The notes beneath the pieces are model-generated. The model ran no database searches, had not been told where the DNA came from, and saw nothing but the letters and a program-made list of their open reading frames with translations. The translations under genes and the position numbers were made by a program. Of a stretch of 64,000 bases of DNA, positions 13,162-27,700 are shown one piece after another. Each line of letters begins with the position of its first letter. Position 1 is the first letter of the stretch. The stretch is taken from assembly GCA_964016885.1 (NCBI GenBank), contig OZ024756.1, positions 37,820,001 through 37,884,000 of the forward strand, written 5' to 3'. Origin of the DNA: Eledone cirrhosa. Taxonomy: Eukaryota.

Positions 13162-14523
13162 AGGTATTTACTAAAATGTTTAATTATTTCATTATTAACT
13201 GATCTGACGGCGGTGGATTGGTAGTATCGGTAGAGCGTCAGACAATATGCTTTGCAACATAGAGTTATGGCCCTTTGTGGTCTGAGGTCAACTTTGACCC
13301 CCCCCCCCCCCTCTCTCTCTACATATTACAGGCCTTGTTCCTAGATTAGAAATCCTTATTGATATGTAATTAAATTTAAATTAACATTAACCTTTTAGTT
13401 ACCAAACCCAACCAAAACCAGTTCTGGTTCTATAAAATTAAATCACCCATTTTAACGGTTTCCAATTTAAATTAAAATCTTTCAACATAATTTTATATAA
13501 GAATCTTACATTAAGTTATTATCTTTGTAATGAAATCATTATAATTTTAGTAAATCCCCTAAATTCTTCATTAATTAATTAAAATAGAGTGTATTTCATG
13601 AGAAATGCAGTCATGAAAGAGTTAAGTGAAGATAACTATGTTCTATTGTATTTTTTATATATATTATCTCTCCTCTCATTGAATTTAGTTTCTGTGTGTG
13701 TGTGTAGGGGGGGGGGGTGGTTATTCAATATATTTGTATTTATATATTTCTTGGTCTATTAAAAAACAATCACTATGAAACAACCCCCTTTCTCACTCTC
13801 TCTCTCTCTCACACAGCCCCTAAACTTTTCCCACTACCACCACCACCATTTAAGGTGATGTCCTTTGATCATATAACATAGCTTTGCTTTTACATCCCTG
13901 AATATATATTTAAAAAATTGTGTTTTTAATGTCTCAGTGGTCAACAGCTGCCACTGTGGTGGTGGTAGTGGAGATATCGTTGACTGTAGTGCCCCCCCCC
14001 CCCTACTGTGGAGGACAGTTGGGTGGGTGGGTGTGATATTCTTGATAATAAAGGTGTTGGTGGGGAAGAGAAGGGAATAGTGAGAATATACCTACTGTTA
14101 TATATATATATGTGTGTGTGTGTGTGTTCATGTACACACTACTCCCGTCTGTATGTGTGTGTGCATCTTTGTGTATATTGTGTATATATATATATATACA
14201 TATATTTATTTATATATACACACACACGGTGTGTCAGCTGTGTTTGACATTTTTAATTATACACTCTGTCTAAACATCACAAGAGACATAACACACACAC
14301 ACACACACACTTTGTTTGTTTTTTTGTTTTCTTATTATTTACATTCCTTTCATCTTTCCCTTGTGCCTACTCTCTTACTCATCCCCCACCCCTCTACACA
14401 CACACAAACACACCTACGTACATTGTACTACACTATTAATCAGCCATATATATACACATATATCTCTGGTTATCATTTATTTTTTATCATTTATTTTGTT
14501 TTGACCTGTTTAGCTTGATTTGG

Positions 14524-14565
<42 letters not shown>

Positions 14566-16373
14566 TCATCCATTTACCCACCCACCTACCTCACATCATA
14601 ATCCCCTTCACACACACCTTTACCCTCAACACTCTCACTAACACCACCTCTCACCAACCTGTTGTTGCTAGCCACTCTGGAAAATATGATGACCTAGTAG
14701 CATGTATTTGGATAAATAAGTTCAAACCGTGATATTACTGAATGTTATACGCAAACAATTCTAAATTAATTGAAATTTTCCTCATAGTTGAAGGCAAGAA
14801 AAAAAAAAAGCCTAGCGGAAATTTTCAAGAAAGGATATCTAATTAACCACAATATTATTGTTTTATTACTGTCTATTTTGTGTATGTGTGTTGTGATGTC
14901 CAAATAAGTATACTCCATCTTCAACTATCTTACCTTCCACCTCCTTGGTCTCAACCGAAAAGATGGAGAATAAATTGCCCTAGAGGACGACTAGAGATAC
15001 ACGCTGGAACAGCTACTTCACCTTGCGGGGTTCGCACATATGGGCAGCCAACTCTAGAAATGTGAGCAGGGATGTGGTCCGAGGACCAAGAACGCCAGAG
15101 GTTTCCACTGCTACAGGCTCTGCCACAAACCTATCATGTGCCTTCACAAGACCAGCAATTTGGGGGGAGGGGAAGTCGATTAAATCAACCCAGTACGTGA
15201 CTGGTACTTTATTTTATCGACCCCCATAAGGATGAAAGGCAAAGTTAACCTCAGGTCATAAAGGGCTGTAACTCTATGCTGCAAAGCATGGCGGGCGACC
15301 CTCTACCGATACTGCCAATCCACCGCCCTTTTATAATAATAATAATAAATACAATGGTAGGGCATCTTGTTTGCCTACTTTTGTGGCAAGTACAGGAAAT
15401 CTTTAGCCTAGTTTGTATTTATCTAAGGACCTTTGTTATGTTCCAAACACAAACTAGATACTGAAAAAGTTTGATAAATTACTAAATCTTTTCAAATACA
15501 TGATTATTTTTGAAATTATTTGAAAATCAAAGCCATTGTTTGTTTGTGCGTTTGTTTTCTTTTGTATTAGAAATATTGTAATGAAATGGTAAAAAAAAAT
15601 AAAATAAAAGACAGCACTTAGTAATTTATTGTGTTGTATGGCACTCTGGGTTCTAATTAATTTCCTTCTGCTATAATCACTAATTACATGAAATGTGTAC
15701 ATTCCACATAATTCAGTAATTATGATAATTAAATGCTAAGGGAACAGCGGTGTAAACTGATGGAGAGAAAACCAACATTAGCATTATTGTCATTTTATAC
15801 CTGTTTTTTTTCTTCTTTTTTTCTGTTTTTTTTTTTTGTTGGCATGGGTTGGACAGGTTGTAATCAACCAAATCAGTACTTAGAGTAAGACATGGCCTAG
15901 TGGTTAGAGTTTCAGACTCTTTCTTGATCATAAAGTCGTGGGTTCAATTCCTGGACCAGGGTGGTGTGGTGTGTTGAGTTCTTGAGCAAGACATTTCACT
16001 TTATGTTGCTTTTCATGATAGAGTTGGAGCTGCTATCACTAAAACACCACCAAATAACCCCTACAAGATACGACTTCACGAGAGGTCAGCTAAAGCTGCA
16101 TAGATGTGAGCTGTAACAAAAGGAACTTGATAGTTTTGAGACCACCTATCATTAAAACATCCAAGAAACCTTCTGTGAGAGGTGGTTTTGTAAGGATGTC
16201 AGCTTAATGTGCATGGTATGAGTTGTTATAACAACAACATATATATATCTTCTGAAACTCATTTTTATATATATATACATATATCATCATCATCATACAT
16301 CCATTTTCCCCTGCTTGCAAGGGTTGGACGAGTCCTATTCAGCACAGCATCTCTCCACTTGTCACGGTCCTTC

Positions 16374-16435
<62 letters not shown>

Positions 16436-16546
16436 GAACTGGGTTCCAATCATTAAAAGATCCAAGAAACATCCTATGAGATAGATCCTTGTAGAGGCCA
16501 GCTTAAACAGCATAGGTAGGAGTTACCACAATATATATATATATGT

Positions 16547-16743
16547 TAGGTAATTCCGAAGGAAAAGCAAAGGAAAAAAGAGTGCTCTATGTATAGAACA
16601 GAGCTATTTAATTAGAAAGTGAACAACACAATATAACTACTTTCATTCCTGATGACTGATCCAGACATTTATTGATATTGTCTTGGATCCAGAAACCTTT
16701 GGTAATGGAGTAGTTATATTTTGTGTGGTTCACTTTCTAATTA
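16547..16743 (+). mobile_element. Fold-back element with hammerhead motif (Penelope-like remnant), copy 1
   Basis: Inverted arms 16609-16647/16704-16743 enclose CTGATGA...gatccagaca/tgtcttggatc...GAAACCTTTGGTA; a second copy lies at 54550-54775; flanked by (TA)n. Confidence 0.55.
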
Positions 16744-16947
16744 TATATATATGTATATATATATATACGTGTGTGTGTGTGATAGGAGCTTCTATCATCA
16801 AAACACACGAGAAACCTCGTGTGAGATGTAGCCTCATAGGAGATCAGCTTGGTGTGAGCTGTAAATTTCATTTTTTCATGTCATTACATTTCAACAGGAT
16901 TGCATAAAACTATTCTTAATTTTTATTTTTCTCTTTTCTTCCTGTAG

Positions 16948-17580
16948 CCTTTCCATGCACCAAGTTTTGGGGATGAAGACTTCAACATTCCACCTTTAGG
17001 GCTGGCTGAATCTGCCTTGAATTATCAGACACGAGCCTTACATGGCCAGCAAGTTCTGGACATTGAACTAAACAACCTCACACAGCCTCTGTCACATTCC
17101 TCGGACTTGTCAGTTGACTGTTCTGTGCTGGACTCGCTCAACCAGACCCAACAGTCACTGATACCAAAGTTCCCTCCACAGAACTCACTGGACGTGCCTG
17201 ACATCAGTGTGTTAAACAGCGTCATGTCGACGTCGGAGAGCACATATCCCACCGACACTGTCGTGACGACGACATCCAGTCTGACGGACTTGGGCAGCCT
17301 CTACACAGCCAACCTGTCTCATGCGCCAGAACTACTGCAGAGAGAACAACAGCACCAGCACCAGCAGCAGCAGCAACAACAACAACAACAACAACAGCAG
17401 CACCAGCAACAGCAACAACAGCAGCAGCAGCCTTTGTTGACGATCAGCCAATCACAGGTGAGCACACAGTTAGGATTCCAGACAGCCATCAAGCAAGGTT
17501 CTCCGGCCACGTCAAACTCCACATCTTCACCAAGCCGCGAGAGCAGCGACGATAGTGATGACAGTGTACCTTTGGCACAG
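16948..17580 (+). CDS. TOX: TOX exon: N-terminal motif, acidic/Ser-rich region, polyQ
   Basis: Acceptor ttttcttcctgtag|CCT; [16 protein letters not shown]...[11 protein letters not shown]; donor CAG|gtcagt; 633 nt, phase 0-0. Confidence 0.93.
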
Positions 17581-20500
17581 GTCAGTCTTCTTGTTTTATG
17601 TTTCGTCTGTTGTAATCATTGCACATAGCCTAGTGGTTAAGTTGTTCCACTCACAATCATAAGGGCAGGGGCTTTAATTTCTAAACTGGTTGCTGTGTTG
17701 TCTTCCATTACTCTATAGGACTGAAAATATTGTCTGCTACTCTATAGAACTCTCAACATTGTATACTATGTATACATCTGTCAACATTACTACCCTCCCT
17801 CTCCCTCCTCTCTCCCCCTATATACACATATATATATATATATATATATATGTCAACATTATCTACTATTCTATACATCTGTCAACATTACTACACTATG
17901 CATCTATCAACATTGCCACTCTATAAAATTGTCAACATTATCTACTACTCTATACATTTGTCAACATTGTCTATTACTCTATAGAACTGTCAGTATTACC
18001 TAATTCTCACTATACATCTATCAACAGTGTTTACTACTCTATACACCATTCAACTCTGTTTACTACTCTATACACCTGTCAACACTGTTTACTACTCTAT
18101 ACATCTATCAACATTGTCTACTACTCTATACATCTATCAACATTGTCTACTACTCTATACATCTATCAACATTGTCTACTACTCTATACATCTATCAACA
18201 TTGTCTACTACTCTATACATCTATCAACACTGTCTACTACTCTATACATCTATCAACACTGTCTACTACTCTATACATCTATCAACATTGTTTACCACTC
18301 TGTACATTTATCAACATTGTTTACTACTCTATACATCTATCAACATTGTTTACTACTCTGTACATCTATCAACATTGTTTACTACTCTATACAGTTGGCC
18401 AGCATCAAGAGAACGGCAACCATGGAAACCTCTATGGAAACCTGTACAATAAAGAAACAGAAAGCTCCCAAAAAGAAGAAGAAAAAAGACCCCAATGAAC
18501 CACAGAAGTAAGTCCTTGCCTCACATCTGTTTCTAAAAACCCTCACAGTCAATCTACCATGTCTGCTGCTGTGGTTATTGTTGTTGTCATGTGTATGACT
18601 TCTTGCTCTAGGGTTGCTTTCATTTTCAAAATCTTGTTCCTCACTACCCCATCCCATACTTTCCAGGATCTTCCTTTTCCACAAGTCCTCTTCCACTGAG
18701 ATTTCTCTGCACTTTATACAGCTGCCATCTTCCATATGTATCACATGTCCACACAACATCCACTTTCTCTAATGTCATTCTTGCTCTCTGACATTAGACA
18801 TCCATTGGAGCATGTTTGTTTCATTTCTTCTTAGCCTTTGTAGGTCTTCTACAGTCAAGGTGCATGACTCACAGCTATGTAGCATTATAGTCCACATGCA
18901 AGCATTACTCATTTCATTCCTCACTCTGAGATAGAAGCCATTTGTTGACAACAGAGGTACGAACTCTCTAAACTTCTTCCAGCCTGTTCTTATCCTATGC
19001 TACCATGCTTTGTAAGCATCCTCCCTCACTGCTGATTAGGGTCTCCTATTTAACAAAAGCTGTCAACAACCTCAAGGAAACCTCCCTGACATTTCAGAGA
19101 ACCTATTTCACATGTACTCTTCATACTTACTCTTCTTGTACATCTACCACAGAAAAATCTATCTTCACTGATAGTTGGCCTTACAATCTCACAATATCTT
19201 CACTGATAGTTGGCCTTACAATGCCACAATATCTTCACTGATAGTTGGTCTTATAATGCCACAATATCTTCATTGATAGTTGGCCTTATAATGCCACAAT
19301 ATCTTCACTGATAGTTGGCCTTACAATGCCACAATATCTTCACTGATAGTTGGCCTTACAATGCCACAATTTCTTCACTGATAGTTGGTCTTATAATGCC
19401 ACAATATCTTCATTGATAGTTGGCCTTACAATCTCACAATATCTTCACTGATAGTTGGCCTTATAATGCCACAATATCTTCACTGATAGTTGGCCTGACA
19501 ATGCCACAATATCTTCACTGATAGTTGGCCTTACAATCCCACAATATTTTCATTGATCGCTGGCCTTACAATCTCACAATATCTTCATTGATAGCTGGCC
19601 TGACAATCCCACTATGTCTCCTGTATCACCATATGTTATACTGTGTGAACCGTATGGAGTTTCTGCCCACCTCTTCTTGACACATCAAGCAAAGTGACAA
19701 CCTTGACAGAAACAGCTTCTTGTCTTCTTTCCTACTTAAGACCTTTGTCTTTACTAAGTTTACTTTTAGTGCTTATAATTCTAGATATTTCTTTCATGTC
19801 TGGTTCAACCATAAGGACTAGGTCATCAGCATTCAGAAGTTCCCATAGAGTATATGTGTGTGTATATGTATATATAAATATGAAGGCAGATTCTACTTTT
19901 CCTTACTTCAATTATATATATATATATATATATATAGCATGGAAAATGGACATTAAATGGTGATGATAATGATGTATGTATGTGTGTGTGTGTGTGTTTC
20001 TGGAACTTTCTCTTCTATTTATATATTGATTTTCCTAGTGTTGCTCGTTATTATTTAATTAAAACCAACATCTCTCTCTAATTCGTAATCAAACCAATTT
20101 TGGTAAGTGACTTTCACTTACCTCTCTTCTCCCTCCTCTCCCCTCTTCTCTCCCTCTTCTTCTCACTCTCTCTCTCTCTCATCATCATCCTTATTATTCC
20201 TATTACCATAATCACCATCACCACCGCCACCATCATCTCTCTGATTTTCTCTCCTCTCCCTCTATCTTCCAACTTCTCTCACTCCTCCATCCCCCATCTC
20301 CCACCCCCCTCTCCCACCTCAGTTATTTCTGTACCAAAAACTACATTTTATCCAAAAGTACTGAACAACTATTAGTTGTTGGTGATGTTGTTGTTGTTGG
20401 TTGTGGTGGTGGTGGTGGTCAGAAACTATATCATCATCATTGTCACCACCACCACTATCATCATCACCAGTAGCAGTTCCATCTGGTATATATCAAGGAA

Positions 20501-23500
20501 TAAAACAAAAAGAGTGTATCTCTGGTATGTGTGTGTGTGTGTGTGTAGGGTGTGCCTGTTGTGTATGGATGTGTGTAGTGTAGTGTGTGTGTATGTATGT
20601 AGATGATGTAGGGGTTGGGTGTTTGTTGCCTGGGCTTGTGTAAGGTATGTATGTGCAGGATATGTGTGTGTGTGTGTGTGTAGGGTGTGCCTGTTGTGTA
20701 TGGATGTGTGTGTGGCAGTGTGTAGTGTAGTATGTGTGTATGTATGTAGATGATGTAGGGGTTGGGTGGTTGTAGAGTGTGTTTGTTGCCTGGGCTTGTG
20801 TAAGGTATGTATGTGCAGGATATGTGTATGTGTGTGTATTTGTGGTGTGGGGTTGTGTGTGTGTGTGTACGTAGGTATTTCCATCTGTTTTCTAAATGAT
20901 GACTCCATAGATTACTTTGCAGTCTTCTCATCCCTGTTGTATCAAAATGTGAGTGGTGTGTGTGTGTGTGTGTGTGTGTGTGTCTGTCTGTCATGCATGT
21001 GAATATGTGTGTGTGTGCATGTCTGATGCATATGTGTGGTCTGTGCATATAATGTGTATGTGTATTGTTTTTTTCTAGTGTATTTGTGTGCATGTCTTGT
21101 GTGTATATCTGTGATATGTGCATATAATGTGTATTGTTTTTTTTCTAGTGTGTGTGTGTGCAGTGTGTGTATAACTGACATGTATGTATATATCTGTGAT
21201 ATGTGCATGTGATGTGTGTGTAACTGTGATATGTGTGTGTGTATCTGAGATGTGTGTGTGTATATCTGGGATGTGTGTATGTGTATGTGTATGTGTGTGT
21301 GTGTGTGTGTGTGTGTTTCCTACTGAAATACATGCCCAGACATGTTGTGCAGTAAAACACAGCAGCTGTGCCCCTCAATGCACTAAACCAATAGAATTCC
21401 TTACCACCGCCGCCATCCTCTTCCTCCACCTCGCTGTGGCATTGGTAACCATTCTTACCTCTCTCTATATATTACAGACCTGTATCAGCATATGCCTTGT
21501 TTTTCCGTGATACCCAAGCAGCCATCAAAGGACAGAATCCCAATGCGAGTTTTGGGGAAGTCTCGAAAATTGTGGCCTCCATGTGGGACGGACTCGACCC
21601 GGAACACAAAAGTGTAAGTACATTGTTGTTGTTGTTAGAGGTACCAGTTATGTACTTGGAATGATGTAATCAAATAAACCTCTGCCCCTAAAATTCAAGG
21701 ACTTGTGCCAGTGTAAGAAATTATTATTATTATCGGGCAGTGAATTGGCAGTATCAGTAGAGGGTCGGACGCCATGCTTTGACGCATAGAGTTACGGCCC
21801 TTTCCATTCTGAGTTCAAATCTCGCCATGGTTAGCTTTGCCTTTCATCCTTACAGGGTCGATAAAATAAAGTACCAGTAATGCACTGGGGTTAATTTAAT
21901 TGACTTTACTCTCTCCCCTCAAAAAAACATTGCTGGCCTTGTGCCTATAGTAGAAATCATTATTATTATTATTATCTTTGCCAGAGTTGTTAGAATTATT
22001 AAACAAATGTTTACTTGTAACTGTTACAACACTATCAACCATACCACTGCCACTACAAACACTATCAACCATACCACTGCCACTACAAACACTATCAACC
22101 ATACCACTGCCACTACAAACACTATCAACCATACCACTGCCACTACAAACACTATCAACCATACCACTGCCACTACAAACCCTATCAACCATACCACTGC
22201 CACTACAAACCCTATCAACCATACCACTGCCACTACAAACGCTATCAACCATACCACTGCCACTACAAACGCTATCAACCATACCACTGCCACTACAAAC
22301 ACTATCAACCATACCACTGCCACTACAAACCCTATCAACCATACCACTGCCACTACAAACCCTATCAACCATACCACTGCCACTACAAACGCTATCAACC
22401 ATACCACTGCCACTACAAACGCTATCAACCATACCACTGCCACTACAAACACTATCAAAAATACCACCAGCATAAACATTGCCACTACCATTACCACCAT
22501 TACAAACACTACTACACTACTACCACACCTACCATTACCACCACTACAAACACTACTACACTACTACCACACCTACCATTACCACCACTACAAACACTAC
22601 TACCACACCTACCATTACCACCACTACAAACACTACTACCACACCTACCATTACCACCACTACAAACATCTATTGTAATCAAGTTGTTGTTATTTTTCAG
22701 GTGTATAAAAAGAAAACTGAAACAGCCAAGAAGGAATATCTAAAACAATTAGCAGCTTATAAAGCCAGCCTGGTGTCTCAGGTATATATCTATGTCATGT
22801 GACTGTGTGGTGGGTGTGTATGTCTGTCATGTGGTATTGTTATGACTGTGTATATATATATATATATATAGTCACTGTCAGGGAATGTTTGCTGAGCCAG
22901 TGTAAGCTATATTATCTCCAATAAAACGTTTGCATCTGGCAGGAAACCAGTTTGTAACCTTAAATAATCTTGTGTGACATCATTAAACAAGCTGAGAGAA
23001 AAACTGGATTGGTATGGGTATATGATGTGTATGGAGGATGTCAGCTGTGTGTATGTGTATACACATGTATGCATATATATATATACATGTATGTGTGTGT
23101 GTTTACTTTTACTGTTTGTTTATATCCTATAATTTAGTGGCTCAACAAAAATAGATCAATAAAGTACGTAACAGATTTTCGCAAAATAAGTACTGGGGTT
23201 GATATAATTGACTATATCCCTTCATAGTGGTGCTCCAGCTTGGTCATAGTCAGAAGTAATTGCTTTCAATTGATCTGGATGTATCCCTAATCAAGACCAG
23301 CCAAGCTCATGGATGTTATCCAATCATCTTACTCGGGGTCTACCCCTGGGTCTCCTGCCTGTTGGTTTTGCCCTTAAAATCTGTCCAGTAAATCTTTCCT
23401 TAGACATTCTGACCACATGTCCATAGTATAAAATTGAGCTTTAAATTTCATTTTATTTCCTCGTTCCTCATTCCTCATTCTCCTAACATTCCAGACACCA

Positions 23501-24719
23501 ATTGATGAAATTAGTTCAGAAAAATTACAACAGAATCGGTTAATTAACTCCAAGGAGTTAATGAATGTTACAACTGCTGGCTCCACAATGACGAAAGTCA
23601 ACTCCATCGGAACTTACACGCAAATGACTCCAATGCATTCGGACTCGCCGCCCTTACAGCAGATCCCTTACTCTTCCCCGCCCCAGGTGCCAAATCAGAA
23701 TGTGGTGTCCAACGTTGTCAGTTCAGTTACCTCTCCAGTACACAACAACTTACAACAAACCATTGTCAGTCAGGTAAAGATATCTATTTTAACTTTTTGT
23801 TTTGTTTTATTTATGTGTGTATTTATATATATATGTGTGTGTATTTATATATATGTGTGTGTTTGTTTATATATGTATGTATGTTGTGTCCAGTCGTTTG
23901 AGCAAAGTTAAAATTATGTGCATTTTGAGTGATGCCTATTAAAATAACATCAGTTTGAGCGAACCTGAAACTGTTTTTTTAAAAGACACTTTCAACAAAG
24001 TTGATAAAAATGAAAATATACTCTTTTACCTGTTCATGAGTCATCCAGCTGAGGCCATGCTGGGGCAATATTAGAAATCTACAATTTTTTTTAGTACAAA
24101 AAATTACACCTTCACAATGAGTAAATAAAAAAATTATTAAAAATCGACATATTTTATGGTAGAAAGAACTAAAAATTCATAACCTTTAAAATTGAAAAAA
24201 TGAATTCTAGTAAGAATAAAATGTATGTACGACAGTATATATCTCACTTAAAATTAATCCTCGCTGAAATTACTGTTTGCTCAAAATGAATGGAACTATG
24301 TATGTGTGTGTGTGTATAATCTGTTAATGTTCAACAAATCATCCATTGTTCCAGGCCGGTCCGCGAGGTATGTGCAGTGCAGGCCCCGGTATGTGTGTAC
24401 GTAATGGCTGCCAAAACAATGCAATCGACAACCCTGGCTGGGACAGTGAATACTGCAGTAATGAGTGTGTGGTCAGTCACTGTCGGTAAGTTGTCACTTT
24501 TACTCCTTTAACACTTGACCACTGGCAGGTGTGGCCTGAGGACCTGCGATACACACACACAAACATACAGACATGGTCCAGTTTCTTGTTAAGCTGTTCA
24601 GTTCGTAACCACAGGATTCACCCTGCTGTTGGTACTTTGGACAAGTGTTTTCTACTATAGCCTCACACTGATTCATGCATTGAGAGTGAAATTTGGTAGA
24701 GGGACACTGTTTGGAAGCC

Positions 24720-24780
<61 letters not shown>

Positions 24781-27700
24781 TATGGAGGCACATGGCTTAG
24801 TGGTTAGAGTATTGTCTTTGCAATCGAAAGGTTGTGAGTTCAATTCTCAGACCGGGTGATGTGTTGTTTCCTTGAGCAAGACACTTTATTTCACATTGCT
24901 CCAGTTTACTCAGCTGTAGAAATGAGATGATAGGGACTGGGGTCCCTATCATTCCACTGCAAAATAGTCGTGGAGGTGCCACGCCAAAAAAGCACCCAGC
25001 ACTCACTGTAAATGAGATTGGTGTTAGGAAGGGCATCCAGCTGTAGAAATCAAGCCAGAATCAGTTCCCGTCCCACCCTTGCAAGCAGGGAAAAGCGGAC
25101 GTAAAATGATGATGATGATATATATATATATATATATATATATATCATCATCATTTCATATGTATGTATGTATCATCACTGTTTGGTGTCCATTTCTCCA
25201 TGCCTGCATGAGTTAGATGGGGCGGTCTGCGTCGGGAAACACGTCCGGCCAGAATTGTCCACACCGTACCTTGCTCCAAAGGGACTGTAAATTTGACCAG
25301 GGATTTTACATCTGGATGCCCTTCCTAACACCAACTACTTTTACAGTGTGTACACATATATAATATAATGACTGTCTGAGCATGGTCAAGTGATTGTATG
25401 ATGTAATTGGACAATGACGCACACACATGCACACGCACACGCACACAGAGAAAAGAAAACGAGAGAAAAAGAGATCAGCTACAGATAGACTTTCAAATAT
25501 TCCAGGATGTGGTGAGAATTTGTTCTGTAAATAAAAGAATGTTTTCTGTCAGAAAATAAAAAGAAAACAACAATAAAAATATTAACCCTTTTGAAACCAA
25601 ACTGCCTTTGATTCTGTGATATGAAGTTGTTTAAAGTGTTTATATTTATCATGAATAAGAACCTTTGTTAAGTTATGTTCCAAATGCCAACTTAATGAGA
25701 AAGTCAGTTGTATAACTAAATCCCTCCAAATTATTGATTATTTTTTTTTATGATTTGAAAATTGTAGACTGTTTTTCTTTTTTAATTAGAAATATGGTAA
25801 TGAAAGGGTTAATTTCTTTGTTTTAATTTTTTTGTTCTTTCTTTGTTTTGTTGTTTTATTTTTGCATGCAAATCCTACACACACACATACACACACACTA
25901 TCGTTCTGCGCTGTCCTCAATGTTTTCTTTTTGTCAAACCATTATGGTCAATAAAAAAACCCATTATTTTTATTCTTATTATTATTTAACCGTGTGTCAA
26001 AATATTACTGGATCATCTTGTAATGAAATTACCTTCGTTAGTATCGTTTGATTGCTAAATAATGTGGTTTTCTTTAAAAGGTGTTTTTCAAATTTCTATG
26101 TAACTCAATTGTATTGTCTTGTACTCATTGTTTGTTTGTTTATTGTAAGCCTTTGTAGTTAATAAAGAGGAGATTACTGTTATTATTATTATTATGGTGT
26201 TGGATTGGCAGAATCAGTAGAGCATCGGACTAAATGTTTTGCAGCATTTAGTTATGGCTCTCTTTTTAAAGCTCTGAGTTCAAATCCTGTCATGGCCAAT
26301 TTTACCTTTCGTCCTTCCAGGGGTAGCTAAAATAAAGTACCAGTTACGTACTGGGGTTGATAAAATAAAGTACCAGTGAAGTTCTGGGTTGATTTAATTG
26401 TTGATTATTCCGCTCCCACTAAAAATTTAAACCATTATTATTTTCTGTCCCTTTACGATCCGATTTCAAATCCCGCCGAAGTTAACTTTGCCTTTCATCC
26501 TTACGGGGTCGATAAAATAAAGTACCAGTAATACACTGAGTAATTGCTGGCCTTGTGCCAAAAGTAGAAACAATTATTATTATTATTATTTTCATCATTT
26601 TTTTTTTGGATGGGGGGTCACTTTCCCCCCTTTTTTTTTTCACTTTTGCTTCTTAAATGAATCTAGATTTCTAAAAAGGGTTAGAATTAATGCTAAAACT
26701 CTAACACTATTACTACTACCACTGCACATGCAGTCTCCTACCCACTCCCACCACTATACCACCCAATACTTGCTGCTATTAACCATAACTGCATCTTGCC
26801 AAATGACAGCATGCTTTTTCTTATCCTCCTCCTCTTTCTTCTTCAATAAAAGTCTGTGTTTCTTTTTCCTTCTTGTTCTAACCCTTTTGATATGAAAAAA
26901 AAATGGTTTTAAAGTATTTTTTATATAAGCACCAGAATTAGTTGTGTGTTGAAGAAGTGTGCCTCACAAAAACATGGTTTTTAGTTCAGTCATACTGCAT
27001 GGCACCTTAGTCAAATGTCTTTTACTATAGCCTGAGATTGACCACTGTCAAGAGTGAGGTTTGCTAGATGGAAATTGAAAGCCTGTTGTGTATATATATC
27101 GAAACCATCGTGATTTCCAGAAGTTGACTGAGGAGATGGGACTGTCCATCTTTCCGTTGTTGTTTTTTTTCCATTATCTTTGTCCTGTGCGCTCCCTATT
27201 TTGAATATGTGTGTGTGTGTCTGTCTGTTTACATTTACCATTTGAAGTACCTGACTTGGAAAAAAATTAGTACTGGGATCACAGTCCAATGACTGACAAG
27301 AGTAAAATATATGTTGAAATTCAAACCTTCCTATATGGTTTTATGTAAAAAAAACTTTTTTTACCCATCATCTTCCAAATGTAGGCCAAATAATGACAAA
27401 ATTACTTTTATTTTAATTCTTAACATCCTGTATCACATGAAACTACATCAACAAGACATTCTTGAAAAGTACAAAACAGCGCTATAACTGCATCACATTA
27501 AGGATTTACTTATGTCTTTACCTTCGGGTTTACTGGAATTGTTCCTAACAATCTGTCCAGTAGTAATGATACTATTAAACATTTGAATTAACTAACCAGA
27601 CTTTTTAAAAGACATTTTCTGCCCTCAAAATTCTTTATTCCTTAACTGAACTAGAGTTTATTTCATTAGAAATATGATTACAAAGGGGTTTAACATCCCA

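Noticed and set aside
14880-15229. GC-richer stretch as the TOX first exon
   Set aside because: No suitable phase-0 donor or TOX-like peptide; abuts a SINE and looks like a retroelement fragment.
21896-22678. Mucin-like or INHTTATTN repeat protein
   Set aside because: 30-bp intronic minisatellite between two HMG-box exons whose phases join without it.
24784-24860. tRNA gene (also other A/B-box matches)
   Set aside because: No complete cloverleaf; continues into a SINE body with multiple copies.
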